Below are positions 1-12,398 of a stretch of 64,000 bases of DNA, piece by piece (positions within the stretch are counted from its first letter, which is position 1; each line of letters starts with the position of its first letter). The notes beneath the pieces were generated by a model that was given only the letters and a program-made list of their open reading frames with translations, ran no database searches and was not told the DNA's origin. Both the position numbers and the translations under genes were made by a program. Source of the DNA: Amphiscolops sp. MND2022 (taxonomy: Eukaryota). Location of the stretch: NCBI GenBank assembly GCA_964187785.1, contig OZ076411.1:23064001-23128000 (forward strand), written 5' to 3'.

Positions 1-420
1 ACACGTACTTAAATTCGGCTAAAACGTTTTCAAAGTTCGGATATAACGTTTTCATTTCTGGAGTAACGTTATCGATTTCTTCCGCAAAATTTCACAAAAT
101 TTGCGTCTAATGTAGAGCTTTAGGGTCACGTTTTAAGTACTATACGACCTATTGGATTTTCGAAAAATCTTTATTCAACAGGTGTGATACTAAAACAACG
201 TACCACGTTCCGACTTCTTCACCTTTGGGCTTTGTCCCGGGAAAAGTTTGCAACAAAGAATTTGCAGTAAATGCAACTGAGTCGCTTTCGTATCCTCGAT
301 TTTCATATCCTCTTTTTTATATCACAGCTGCGTGTTAGGGTGTGAGTGAGAGGAACGTTACTGTCGAACGTTACCGCCGTTACGACGCCTGTAAGAAAGA
401 GGGCAAAAGCAAGAAAAAGG
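1..420. repeat. Direct repeat, copy 1 (AACGTT-rich element, begins before window)
   Basis: 1-420 is nearly identical to 3410-3828 (acacgtacttaaattcggct...gcaaaagcaagaaaaagg). Confidence 0.9.
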
Positions 421-1035
421 AGGGTAGGGATAGCAGCTTCATTCCACAATGAAGATTTCACTTTCTGCGCTTCATTTAGCTGCAATTCAAATCATATCAT
501 GTTAAGTAGCAACATTGCCAAAAGCATAAAATTTGAGAACTTGACTTACTCTGATTAATTTGGAACAATCAATTTTGCAGTTTTAATTATTATCAATTGA
601 ATATTAAATGTTGATTAAAATCGATTAATTTGGTTGTTTTAGAATGTTATTTTCAAAAACGGTTTCTTCTTTGTTGTTAGATGTTTTTTATGTGTTTGAG
701 CTAAATTGTGTTCAAGTATACGTTGAATGGATGTTTATTTTGACTTCATTTTTTATCTTAGAAAAAGCCACATTGCAAAGTTTTTCATGGAATTGCTGAA
801 CATTTGGTGTGTGTTCTAGTTGTTTACTCTCGTGCATCCAGTCTCCTAAATGAATACTGTATTCGTCGATGCCGAATCACGGGAGAGGGAGAATTGTCAC
901 GAATTAATTGAGCAAAAACATTTTCAGTAGGTTGCTCAGGAAACAGAAGGTTCTGTAAAGGAAAACAATAAAGGAAAGGAAAGTTTATTTGGCTGGATAC
1001 TTGAAAAAATATAATTTCATCTCAATATATAAATT

Positions 1036-1785
1036 AACATGCCGGGAACGGCCCAATTCGGCGTCATATCTAAGGCTCAAAAAAAAGGCAAAAGGACTTC
1101 AATGTGTCAGGTATTCTCTTCAACAAAACCCACGTGAGGAAAAAATAGAAAAAAAATATATTTTTTTTGAAATTTTTGTTGATTTTTTTGGTCCTCGGTA
1201 AGTCGCATAGTGCCGCCAAATGTAAAAGGGGGCATTTGGGAGTTTTTGAAAATCCATTCTTTGGAAAAATAGGAAAAAATGAAGGGGGGACCCTTTGGAG
1301 ACATTTGAAAAATTTGCGAAAAAAGTCTCACTAAGCCGAAAACAACTATTGGAAGCATTTGAAAAAAATATATATTTTTAAAAAGTATTCGGTTAAAGTC
1401 GCACAGTGCCGAAAAACCCAAAAAGAGGTCATTTAGGCCCATTAAACGTTTTTTACGAACCGAAAACTTCAAAAAAATGCAAGGGGTACCCTTTGATTAT
1501 TTTCGAAAATTTTCGAAAAAAGTCGCAGAGTGCCGAAAAAACCCAAAGGGGGGACCCTTTGGTCTCATCTGCTGTACTTTTGCAAGCATAAAAATATTAT
1601 GGTTTAGTGCGAGAATCGAACCCCCACTCTCCGGCTTCAGAAATTTAGTCGAAGATGAACAACAGAACAGATGAACAAATTGTAAAAAGTGAACCATTCA
1701 GAGTGAGATTGTAAGCTGAAAAAGAAAAAAACTACTCACTGTAATAGTCGGGCTTTTCCTTAAGGGAAAAGGCGCCGACTAAAAA
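1036..1785 (+). mobile_element. Non-autonomous Helentron/DINE-1-like (HINE-like) repeat family, copy
   Basis: Start motif aaca(a/t)g.cgggaacg...tcggcg(c/t)catatctaaggctcaaaa; internal gtcgca.agtgccgaaaa and ggggaccctttgg modules; end hairpin agtcgggcttttccttaagggaaaaggcgccgact plus aaaaa. Class assignment is inference. Confidence 0.7.
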
Positions 1786-2531
1786 CTGAAATTACATCCA
1801 GTTTCATGTAGACGACGTCCTTTTACATCTAGATGTGATATTTTCTTCAAATGTGATTGTGTTTTAGCTGTGCTAATTTTCGGTGAGTCAACTGGTATTA
1901 AATGATGGCCTTCCAACCAATTATAGGCCTTTCTCAATCTGTTGTCCACTGATTTGGCTCGGGTAACAGTGCGACAATAAAGTATTCAAAATCCGTTTTA
2001 AAGGAAGGCTTTGTTTGTCGGAGGTTGGCCAGTGAGTCATTAGTGTTTTGAAACAACGTCTCAATGGCTCCTTAAGTCCATGACGTTTTCTGGAAAACTC
2101 GCAGCAAGCTAATTGTTGGATGCAAAAGGGATGGACAGGCAAGGTTCCCCCTAGTAGCCGAAAAACATCGAATTTTTGCAAAACCTGAACAAGATAGCAA
2201 GAATGTGTACCAATAGCAAAGATGGTCGACATTGCAAGAGGTGTCGGAGTACAGTTCAAAAAAGCAACTTTTGGCGTGTACAACTAAAGGCCATCGTCTC
2301 AGTCCTTTAGTTGCGAAATTGGTCGGCAGGTAAACAAGTGTAAAACAAATTTTTGAAAGGTACAGAAAACGTCATCAGTGACAACTTAACCCAACGTCTG
2401 AGAATGATTCTTGAAAGCGTTGCCAGAACGTAAATGTATCACTTTGCTAACATAAACATAATGATGCAAAAAAGATCGTCAATAATGTGTTAGAGTAATG
2501 TCAAAAATGCTTGAGGGCCCTCTAAAAAACA

Positions 2532-3013
2532 AACAAGACGAGAACGTCTTAAGTCGGCGCTATATCTAAGGCTCAAAAAGCGCAAAAAAAATTTTGGTAA
2601 AAACTTTTAATTTTTGAATTTTTTTCTTTCGGAAAATGTCGCATAGTGCCGAAATATCTGAAAGGGGACCCTTTTGGATTTATTAACATATATTCTGTTG
2701 CAAATTATCAAAAATCTCGAAGGGGTACCTTGTGGGGACATTAAAATATTTTCGAAAAAAAGTCGCACAGTGCCGAAAAAAAATCGAAAGAGGGGACCCT
2801 TTAGTCTCGCCCGGTTTTGTAGGTTACGTTATAAAAGTAAAAAATGAAAAGGGACCCTTTGCACTAAGTTTGCCGTGGCCGGATTTGGCCTTAGGTGGTT
2901 TCAGGAATGTTTCTAAAAAGTGGACCGATCAGTGTGAGGTATGTGGTCTAAAGAAAAAAGTCACTGCTATAGTCGGGCATTTTTCCTTAAAAGGACAACG
3001 CGCCGACTAAAAA
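2532..3013 (+). mobile_element. HINE-like family, complete copy
   Basis: aacaagacgagaacgtcttaagtcggcgc ... atagtcgggcatttttccttaaaaggacaacgcgccgactaaaaa. Confidence 0.7.
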
Positions 3014-3409
3014 GTATCTTACCACTTAATGATATCCATAGACGCCTCAAAAGCTTGAATCACTAATTTATCAGTTCAAATTCATACTCTCTCGACAGTT
3101 TTGAGTCGGCGCTTTCTTACAAAGTGCAAACTACAGTAGTGGTTTTTAAAAAGGTTTCTCAAGACAGACGAAGTGCTTTTATAAGCTTTATACGCTGTTG
3201 GCAATGTCTCTTCTGACGATCTACATACTACATTTGAGCTGTAAGAAGTGCTAAGGAGTCCCTTTCGACAAAGACACAACACATACCGGATTTAACGCAA
3301 ACCGGATATAACGAATTCCGAATATAACGTATACCGGACATAACGTTTCTTGGAGAATTTTTCCCAGCTGCAAGAAGTGCTAAGCAAAAAGTTTCCCATA
3401 TAACATCTA

Positions 3410-3828
3410 ACACGTACTTAAATTCGGCTAAAACGTTTTCAAGTTCGGATATAACGTTTTCATTTCTGGAGTAACGTTATCGATTTCTTCCGCAAAATTT
3501 CACAAAATTTGCGTCTAGTGTAGAACTTTAGGGTCACGTTTTAAGTACTATACGACTTATTGGATTTTCGAAAAATCTTTATTCAACAGGTGTGATACTA
3601 AAACAACGTACCACGTTCCGACTTCTTCACCTTTGGGGTTTGTCCCGGGAAAAAATTGCAACAAAGGATTTGCAATAAATGCAACTGAGTCGCTTTGGTA
3701 TCCTCGATTTTCATATCCTCTTTTTTATATCACAGCTGCGTGTTAGGGTGTGAGTGAGAGGAACGTTACTGCCGAACGTTACCGCCGTTACGACGCCTGT
3801 AAGAAATAGGGCAAAAGCAAGAAAAAGG
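3410..3828. repeat. Direct repeat, copy 2 of 1-420
   Basis: Base-by-base match to 1-420 with scattered substitutions. Confidence 0.9.
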
Positions 3829-3889
3829 ATCAAAGAGTAATGTCAAAATTGGGCCCTCTAATTGGGCCATGAGGGCCCTCTAAAAACCA

Positions 3890-4015
3890 AACAAGACGAG
3901 AACGTCTAAAGTCGGCGCCATATCCTAGGTTCAAAAAACGCAAAACATTTTTTTTGGAAAAACTTTAAATTTTCGAGTTTTTTTATTTCGAAAAATGTCG
4001 CATAGTGCCGAAAAA
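3890..4015 (+). mobile_element. HINE-like family, truncated copy
   Basis: Same aacaagacgagaacgtctaaagtcggcgccatatc start; similarity lost after about 4015. Confidence 0.65.
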
Positions 4016-5551
4016 CTACGTCTAGGTTATGCAAGTTTTCAGATACTAATGAATACTAGTGGTTGAACAGATTAAAAAAGAGTTCACGCATTTCCGTTAA
4101 GACGTTTAAGCCATGAATTAAGTGATCACCTTCTCCACCTGAAAAATAAACTAAAATTGCGTCTCGGGATTGAAATCATAGACTAATCTAAATGGAATAC
4201 AAAATTATCTCTAAAAAGAAAACATATCCAGATCTAAAAAGAAAACCACTTTGAAATACATGTTAAGAAATTACGCCTCGTCAAAATAAGGCTAGTTAAT
4301 TGCGTTTGAACACCAATTAGTGTGATTTGGAACGACGAGATTGTGCTAAGTAAACAAAGCGGCAGTGAGAATAAACATACATGTACATTTGTTGTCACTA
4401 TGACGCAGACAAGTTTTGGAAGTATAGCAAGTGACGTCACTGCGCCGTCCATGCACACCAGAAAATCATTTCAATTATCCACCTGTACTAACGGCCATAT
4501 TAGAAATCATTCCAATTTTCCACCAGTGTGACGTCATGGCTTTGGCAACTAGCTAGAAATCGTTCTAAATACTCGTCAGCACTGCGTTAAACTAGTCAAA
4601 ATCTTACTTCAACCAAGAAAACTCGTCAACATGACGTTGACAAGTTTATGAAATCAGATAAATTAAGTAAAACTGCCGAACAAAGTGGGAAAACTTGTCA
4701 ATACTACGTCGGAAATCCATCATATAAAAGAGTACATTTAAGGTACGACTGATCTAACTAGAAGAATGAAATGGCATTCGTCAACCTTTCGTCAGACAAA
4801 TTGCCAATAATCTAAAATCGTCCTGGGAACCAATTCAAATGAAATTTTCGCGAAATGTATGAACGAGAGCCGCAGTTTATAATCGTTACTGAAACGAACT
4901 GATTGTATTTTTTATTAAAATGTATTTTCGTACGTTTGTACTTCTATACCCAATTTCCTAGATATATTCTTCATAACTTTGACTATAATTATATTCTGCG
5001 CAAGTTTGTCTTTGTCAATTTCTGAACCTGCTGTATTATTATCATCAAACTAATGCTAGTTATACCGGGAAATTTTACTAAATTTGTAAACTTGTCGCAA
5101 TTGTTTCGCCAGACCAGAGTTGCTACATATAAGTTAACCTAAATGGTAATGGTTGTAAATGTTAATTCTGTTCTTAATCTAATATTCATCTCTCCAGTCT
5201 ATTCAAAATATCTTCCTAGCATCATTCAAATAATCGTAACTTGGAAATTATTAGTCATAGCAATTGTTCAAACTAGATTTCAAAATCAGGTATAAGTTGT
5301 TCACATCAGCGTCATCTTCGCGTCAATTTTTCTACGAAGCAAAGCAGTAGAACAGCAGAAAAGCAGTGAATCATTTCCTGTTCGACAGATTGCAGTAATA
5401 TGTTCTACCTGCTTGGGAGAAAACAAATGGACGCCGGAATTAAATGATATGATCATGATTGATGACTAATACCAGATTAAAAATGCCGTGTCATAAAATT
5501 TGTCGAGATGTCGACGTAAACTTGGGGTTTCAGTGAATTTTTTCATCAAAA

Positions 5552-5751
5552 NNNNNNNNNNNNNNNNNNNNNNNNNNNNNNNNNNNNNNNNNNNNNNNNN
5601 NNNNNNNNNNNNNNNNNNNNNNNNNNNNNNNNNNNNNNNNNNNNNNNNNNNNNNNNNNNNNNNNNNNNNNNNNNNNNNNNNNNNNNNNNNNNNNNNNNNN
5701 NNNNNNNNNNNNNNNNNNNNNNNNNNNNNNNNNNNNNNNNNNNNNNNNNNN
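5552..5751. other. Assembly gap (200 N)
   Basis: Run of N. Confidence 1.
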
Positions 5752-5807
5752 ACGCTTTTCTACTTGAAATCTTCATTGAATTCAACTTGAAATCAGAATC
5801 TTTCAAA

Positions 5808-6205
5808 ATGTCCACAACTAGAAGTCAAAAAAGAAGGAATGTTCAGCAGGAGAGCTCCAGCAGCGTAAGTGAAAGATTAATTTCACCAGTTTTGAGCGAA
5901 GATGACACCTGTGTAGCTCAAGGCGTCCAGATAGCGGGTCTTTCAAACCCTAAATCACCTTGAATAAAAAAGCATCAAAGAAACTTAAGGATTTCTTTGA
6001 AAGTCGAAATCACATTGGAAATTAAGAACCTACTAGCTGAATCCCGAAATGATATGTTAAGCCTGCTAAAATCCAGGTCAAATGCGAATTCTAGAGAGGA
6101 ACCCGAAAATGAGCCGAGGAACGAACCAAGGAGTTTCTATACGCCCACTAAATCAGTCAGGATAAAATCGACACAAAATAACGACCTGTGTAATAGTCGT
6201 AGCCC
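5808..6205 (+). pseudogene. Ty3/Gypsy gag N-terminal remnant, frameshifted
   Basis: ATG at 5808 gives MSTTRSQKRRNVQQESSSSVSERLISP..., then ITLEIKNLLAESRNDMLSLLK...EPRSFYTPTKSVRI in another frame. Resembles an LTR-element gag start (from memory). Confidence 0.5.
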
Positions 6206-8879
6206 TTGTCAGTTCACTCGTATACACTGTCAAATAATTTGTGCAGAAATTCGAATAGACTGCTTAATGGAGTAATGATCATCAATGGTTTTGCTGTGAG
6301 AATGGATTCCTCGTGCGTTCACAATATGTCAGGTTGTATAAATTAGGTCGGGCTACGGTAAAGAGTGCCAATTGAACTTCTTTGATTGCAATGGGTGCTT
6401 GATCAGGGGAACAACTAAAGGCTAGTTTGATTGCTTGAAGAAATGGTCGATCTCACTTCACGAATCACGAGATCTTCACATCTTCACTATGCCGTATCTT
6501 CCTTTCAGTGGAAACTCTTTGCAAAACCCTTTCTAGAGTGCAACGCTACTTGTAAGTTTCATAGCATTTTTGGCGATCAGAATTTCTCAAAGTCTCTGTG
6601 AGATATGCCAACTAGGAAGACTTCGATAGCAATTGCAGCTAAATTTTCAGCTTTTTTTCAAACCACCTCTGCGTGTTGGGGTGTGAGTGACAGAAATTGG
6701 CTCTCTTTGCTGAGGGTTCATTGTCTATCCGGCTCGGAAACTAGTGGAATGAATAGAAAACATCAGTAACTTTTTAATTACAGTCGCAGAGGCAAGTATA
6801 TCGATTCAACCGGTGAATGAAAAGGTAGACGTTGTTCATGGTTGCTGAAATCCCTTATGATAGCGGTTACGGCCACCCACCGCGCTTGACTGGCTAGTAC
6901 CTACATGCAGGAGGGGCAAAGGAAACTGGCTTCTAGCTGGGAGTACTTCCCAAGTGGAGTAGGATGTCAGTCTGTACTCGGGCGGTGATATGACGGAGGG
7001 GAAGGATACACCAAAACCTCACCCAAGGATACGGAGAAGCCTACCTGAGTGGAGCGACCAAGTAAGCATTATATGCGTAAATCTCGAACTCCCGGCAGAG
7101 CCGTTAGTGATGTGTGAGAATTACTGTTATGTGTCCACTGAAGTCTGTGATGGGCGGAGGTTGCTCAGTGAACGAAATCCACAACAAAATCTCCCCCAGT
7201 CCTGAAAACTAGCAAAGACTCCCCAAAAAACTGGGTACTAAAGTCATCAAATGAGAATCGGGGTATGCTCCCATCTCGGCTTCCTCGGAAGTGACAATTG
7301 CTGTTAGAACTCACTCTCGAGTCGAGTTTCTTCACTCTCAAAACGGTTGGGTCTCGCCTCGTTAGTTGTAAACTAACTTGGATGACAGACGCTGTAACAC
7401 GCATGCTGCATTCTTGATCCGGTCCACACCCTGTCTGGTCGGATTAGAGGTCATTGTTACTTCGATGGTCATGGACATGCCTAGCAGTTTTGTGGTATCA
7501 GTGAAGGTCAGTTTTCGAGAAAGCGGTTTTGAGATGCTGGGCTCGTGACGCGACTTTGACTTGAACTGAGGTATAAGGGGGCTGTATATCGTTTCTCCAA
7601 AGAGATCTTCATCTCCGAAGAATGTCGTTATCCTCTCTTGGACCGGTGCAGTAGCTCATTGGCATTCGAAGCCAACTGGGTAGGGAGTACCTGAGGTAGA
7701 AATAGGACAGTAGTGGAAACCCTTAAAACGAAGCTACTGGACTTCTTCCGAAAGGTCCGCCTTGCACTTAACCCAACCGAGTATCTCTCTTAGGGACAGT
7801 TGCATGGTACTATCAAAAGCACAAAAACCTTATTGAAAAGATAACGGGGGTGTTAGTAGAAAGGCGCATTCTTTAAGAACTGAGATTGCGATAGACTGGA
7901 CTCAGCACTTGTGCTCGGGGATGAAAACTCCGTAAAGGCCCATGGCTATACTAGCTCTTAACAGAGCACTGAGGCACCGCCGAAAAGATCGAATAAAAAA
8001 GAAAATCTTCGAATAAAAAGAAACAATGTTGAACTCACCGAGATTTAGGAGGAATTATTTGGTATGACAAGTTCTAGCAACCGGTAACGGTACAACGTTT
8101 AAATTGAGCTAAATCTGTCGTATCCTTTGGGACCTGGTAATGTAACAAGATTTTTTCGACGCATAAGTGTTGTGATAGACTTATTAATTAGTTTGAGATG
8201 AGTTCCGAAACTAGTGTCCAAGTTGTTCCGCCATTACGACCCCTGCCAGACGATAGTGCTAAAAAGAGAAAGAAACAGAAAGAGGCTCAATCAATAGCAA
8301 AATATATGATACTGACGATGTGATGAGCAACGAATCTGCTATAGGTTGTGATAATATCAAAAAGACTGTTTCATGATGGATATTATCAACATCACAGACC
8401 GCCGAATCGACGTTTTACCTGAAAATCTTAGCTGCAGAAGATTCTGCACCGCCTGTCCGCCATCTGCTAGTTTCAAAACCAACAAAGCGAACCAGTCTGA
8501 GCATCGATATGATCTTCGGAAACTGGATCCAAAGGTGAGAACTATTGAACAATTTCTTGGAAAAAACTGAAAACTTCTTCTCATCACCATCATAAGCCAA
8601 AACTTTAAAAAGTCCTCAATCGTTTTTGATATGAAGTTTTAGCACCCGCGGTACCCCCGGAACGAACACTCTTCATCTCTGGAAAAATTTTGTATAATTT
8701 TCATCCTCAAGCATGCAACAAAAGAAGGAGTGGAATCGTCTGTTCCACTTCGACTATCGAAGCCGACCAACAATTAATGCCGATAACTGGGGAAATGTTA
8801 TTCCCTTCAATGATGCTGATGGCTCTTCGTACGTCCACTGGCTGGAGTGGAAATGACTTCAAAAATGCAACCAAGGCTA

Positions 8880-9320
8880 CACTGAAAGAAGTATCTAAAA
8901 ACCTGAGAGGTATTGTGAAAGAAGTTCCAATTGGATAATGCCACAGAGTAACCTCGAAAATCAGAAAAAGCTCTCACTTTTGTGAGCCGCTCTCGACGTA
9001 AAAGACGACCTTTTTTGTAATCGAATTGACATTTTAATTAGAACCTAATTTTCAACTCGCAATCATGACGGAATAGTCATCTCTAACATGCAATTCGAAG
9101 TTGAGCCGAAAACAAAAGCAATGAAGCTCTTTCACTGCTACATCTGTAACAAATGAGGCAATCTTACTTTAAAAATGTGAAAATCTGATCCATTCTGTGT
9201 CGTATGTAATTATGATCATCCTTCGAAACTGCACGTTTACTATGTATGTCAACCATCACCTAACCATGATGACTCGTGTAGACTTGAGGAATATAAAGCC
9301 TGCATTAATTGTACATTAAA
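8880..9320 (+). pseudogene. Decayed LINE ORF1 (Cys-His box) remnant
   Basis: Broken frames give GIVKEVPIG, CYICNK*G, FCVVCNYDH and CINC, matching the order of ORF1 zinc-knuckle motifs. Confidence 0.4.
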
Positions 9321-9896
9321 TTATCTGCATTCATTTTTATAGGCATCAGTGATTCATGATTCAGTCCCTTGTGTTGAAAATTATGACGGATATCGTTCAG
9401 TAACAGGGAAATACGACAGTGTTTTGGTCGTTAATAAACAAACAAAACCTTTGCTGTCCAAAAATCTATTTCGCACGAATTAGATGTAGAATTTACAGCT
9501 CTGAGTACAGACGCGGTGGGAATGCTTGTTGTCTCAATCTCTGAATGTCGCAGCCTGCCGCCTGCGGTGGCAGCCGATACCAAGTGGCCCCGGTAATAGT
9601 GACAATTTTCAAACACTACCAAGAGTTTTGCAGATATAGGTCAAATAGACCAACAGTCACACAAACTACAAACATTTTTATACTAATCATACTTATTATT
9701 CAGGATATTGTACACGTTCGTAATACAAGTTATATTTACGAAGTTGCTTGATTTAGCTGTCATGTAAACCAGTAATTTGCGTAGTGTTTAGAAGTAACAT
9801 ATGTATCATAAATGATTGAAATCAACTTGTGAAGTTAAAGGAAAGCGTTCAAATTGAATACAGTACTAGTATTCATATAGTATGCAGGGGACGCGC

Positions 9897-10092
9897 GCAG
9901 CAAGCCGACACGGCATCAAACCGACAATGCAAAACTGAGTCAAGAAGCCGACACGAATGATCTGATTGGTTCAAAATTGTTCATTCCAAGTTTGAAATCA
10001 AACTTGAATGAATTGCGCAGTTGTTTTCACTAGCTATTATACCTACTGTCGGATTGTTGACGCGTCGATTTGATGGCGTGTCTGCCTGCTGC
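9897..10092. mobile_element. Small MITE-like palindromic element
   Basis: gcagcaagccgacacggcatcaaaccgac (9897-9925) is the reverse complement of gtcgatttgatggcgtgtctgcctgctgc (10064-10092) with 4 mismatches. Central hairpin caagtttga-aa-tcaaacttg (9987-10006). Confidence 0.65.
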
Positions 10093-11217
10093 ACCACCTC
10101 CAGTATGCAGCACGAGTATGCATATAGTCAATTGGACCGCAGGTCCATAACATGAAATTATATAATATTTGTGAAGTATATATTTGAATACCAGTCACAT
10201 ATAATCGGTGCTAGATTTGAAAGGCGTCCCACTTTTCCCCCTTTTTTCCTGGTAAAATCATTGAATTCAATAAGGGTATTCGTGCTATTTAGCCTTAACG
10301 CAGAAGGACGTCATTGTGATGTCTGGGTTAAATTTTCGTTTTTGTAGTGAAAGTCATTGTGCGGTCCCTATAAATACAAGAGCTGTCCCGAAGTCTAAGG
10401 GACACAAATCGAGTACTCGTGACAGCTACAACTCAAAATTAGTCCAATCCGTTCCCTCAACATTGTTTGTTTTTGTTCACATCAGTATTGATCAGCACAG
10501 ATAATTCATTTTAAATACAAAAAGCTCAATAATACAGTTTTTATTGAGCTATAGTTTTCTCAGTGCCTTCAACTAGGATACAAAAGCCAGAGAAAAACGT
10601 TCCAGGCAATCGGAAGTCAGGTCTGATATACAGAATATAGAAATGATATTACGCGAGTATTGACGAAATGAATTAGAAAGTAATCCAGAAGATAGAAATA
10701 ACGAATAGGACCTTGAGCCGGACAGACCTAAGCAGGACATGATTCAATATAGTGAAGATTTTAAACCCTATTGAAAATTAACAGCACTGAAAACAATAAA
10801 ATTGCTTTTGAGACTGCTGGATTGATTGATAAGTTTCGAGAAGACAAACCAAGTTTCTAAGTTTCTAGAAACCTAATAGGGTTGAAAAAGGACTTAAATA
10901 CTCACTAGAGTAACAGGACCGCCGAAGTTAGCAACTCAAAAACACTTGGGAAATACTCCCTTTATCAAACTTAAATTCATGTGATCAACGCCAGCTGACT
11001 AGGAAGAACTAAATAGATTCCCAGCAAAGCGAAACTTAATACGACACTGATCCTTTATGGAACCGAAGCGAATTCGATTCCTTCCAAGACTGTTTGTCAA
11101 GTCAAACCTTTCAGGAAGGCAAACTACCTCCGACCGCTAATTGTGGGAGAATTCAATGCACGTCGTGCTGCTTAGGGTGATGAAGTTTTGAATTACTCTC
11201 AATTCAGTTATTCATTC

Positions 11218-11520
11218 CTACCCAACTTGTTTTACACCAATCGCAATCCGAAGTTGCTGATCATCATGTTTCAGGCCTATGTTCTTGCAGGGAACAACGT
11301 TCAGCCACTGAGACCTCAATTGGCCTGGATGAGCGTTAAAAATTCCCAAACGTTTGTCATTCGTTCTAGAAATCAAATCTTGGGCGGTTTTGACGTAGGC
11401 AGATTGGGTCCAAAGTGTCGAAGTTCCATCGAGAGCTTTCGTCAAATTCAGCCATTTCTCGAGCGCTTTTGTGAAACAAACATCTTCGGAGGATTCCGAG
11501 AAATACGTCGTAAGAAAGTC
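11218..11520 (-). pseudogene. Fragment of a CRE/R2-like (RLE-endonuclease) non-LTR retrotransposon, post-RT region
   Basis: Translation ...AHPGQLRSQWLNVVPCKNIGLKHDDQQLRIAIG matches the SxWLxxxPxxxxGLxLxDxxLRIAIGLRLG motif that precedes the CCHC/RLE domain in CRE-like elements. Confidence 0.55.
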
Positions 11521-12264
11521 ACTCGCACCAACAGATGAGGTCAAAGAGGCGGGAAGTGCTAATAATGTTGAGAATGAAATCCCAAGACCACCCATTTCAG
11601 GGCAGAGTCAGTTAAATACTCGAAATATAGTCGAAGATCACGTTATACACTTTGGAAAACCCGTCGCGCACAGTTTTGTCTTACTTTTCCAGGAGAGCTG
11701 GATGATTAAAACAAGTACTGGTTCTGAAGAATTTCAACAACTTTGGCAAACTGAAGCAATGTTTCAACTTAACATTTTGATGAATTGATCAAGAGGAGTA
11801 GAATCATGATTCTCTATTTTATTGTTTTTATATTTTTGCAATTCTCAGTGCATTTGGACAGCATAAAATTGAAATTAATATTTTTCTTCACAAAAAGTCC
11901 ACAATTTTCTCTAAACTTTTCCCCTAACAATTTTTACAGCTATAAGTTGTTTGTAGAAAGTAAATTCGTAGATAAAGGTGGTAAGTTTGTTGAGAAAATT
12001 TCAGTAGTGTTACCATTGTTGTAGAATGCAAATTTGTGGAAACGAAAACAGTTGTAAGGTTGTTCAATTTCAAACGTCCAAAATTGCTAACCATCAGCCA
12101 ATAATCCAAGTCTCCGCTTTCAATCATGCCTCGCAGTCGCGTAGCGATTGCGCACTGAGATAGTCGTTCTAAGGGAGAGCGTGCATACGAAAACATGCGA
12201 CTTCATTCTGTTTTGTAATTTTTTTAGGACAAGATCAAGTTTGATGAAAAACTTCCACACACTT

Positions 12265-12398
12265 TGGTTGTATAGAAAACAGGCTTTTAGGGTGAAGCTT
12301 TCATTCAACGTAGTCTGAAATTAAGTACAGTTAGCTAGCGTTAGTCACGGTTGATAAGCTAGTAATAAACAGATAATGGTCATAGTCAGTATAAAACA
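12265..12398 (-). repeat. 3' LTR
   Basis: Direct repeat of 14161-14292. Confidence 0.8.

Noticed and set aside
1921-2410. 120-aa minus ORF and a plus-strand KGTENVISDNLTQRL peptide reminiscent of an RNase H end
   Set aside because: Single short motif with no supporting neighbours; could be chance.
4431-4536. Two TGACGTCA (CRE-like) palindromes
   Set aside because: No linked gene or defined LTR; 8-mers alone are not evidence of regulation.
5500-5815. ORFs spanning poly-X
   Set aside because: Artefacts of the N gap.
6780-7900. GC-richer block with faint DIRS-like RT/RNase H peptides on the minus strand, or a structured RNA
   Set aside because: No diagnostic motif (YLDD, tyrosine recombinase, ribozyme core) could be read; too degenerate to call.
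10850-11120. Possible CR1/L2-type RT remnant (NLSLIKGVFPKCF) on the minus strand
   Set aside because: One short motif amid stops; insufficient.
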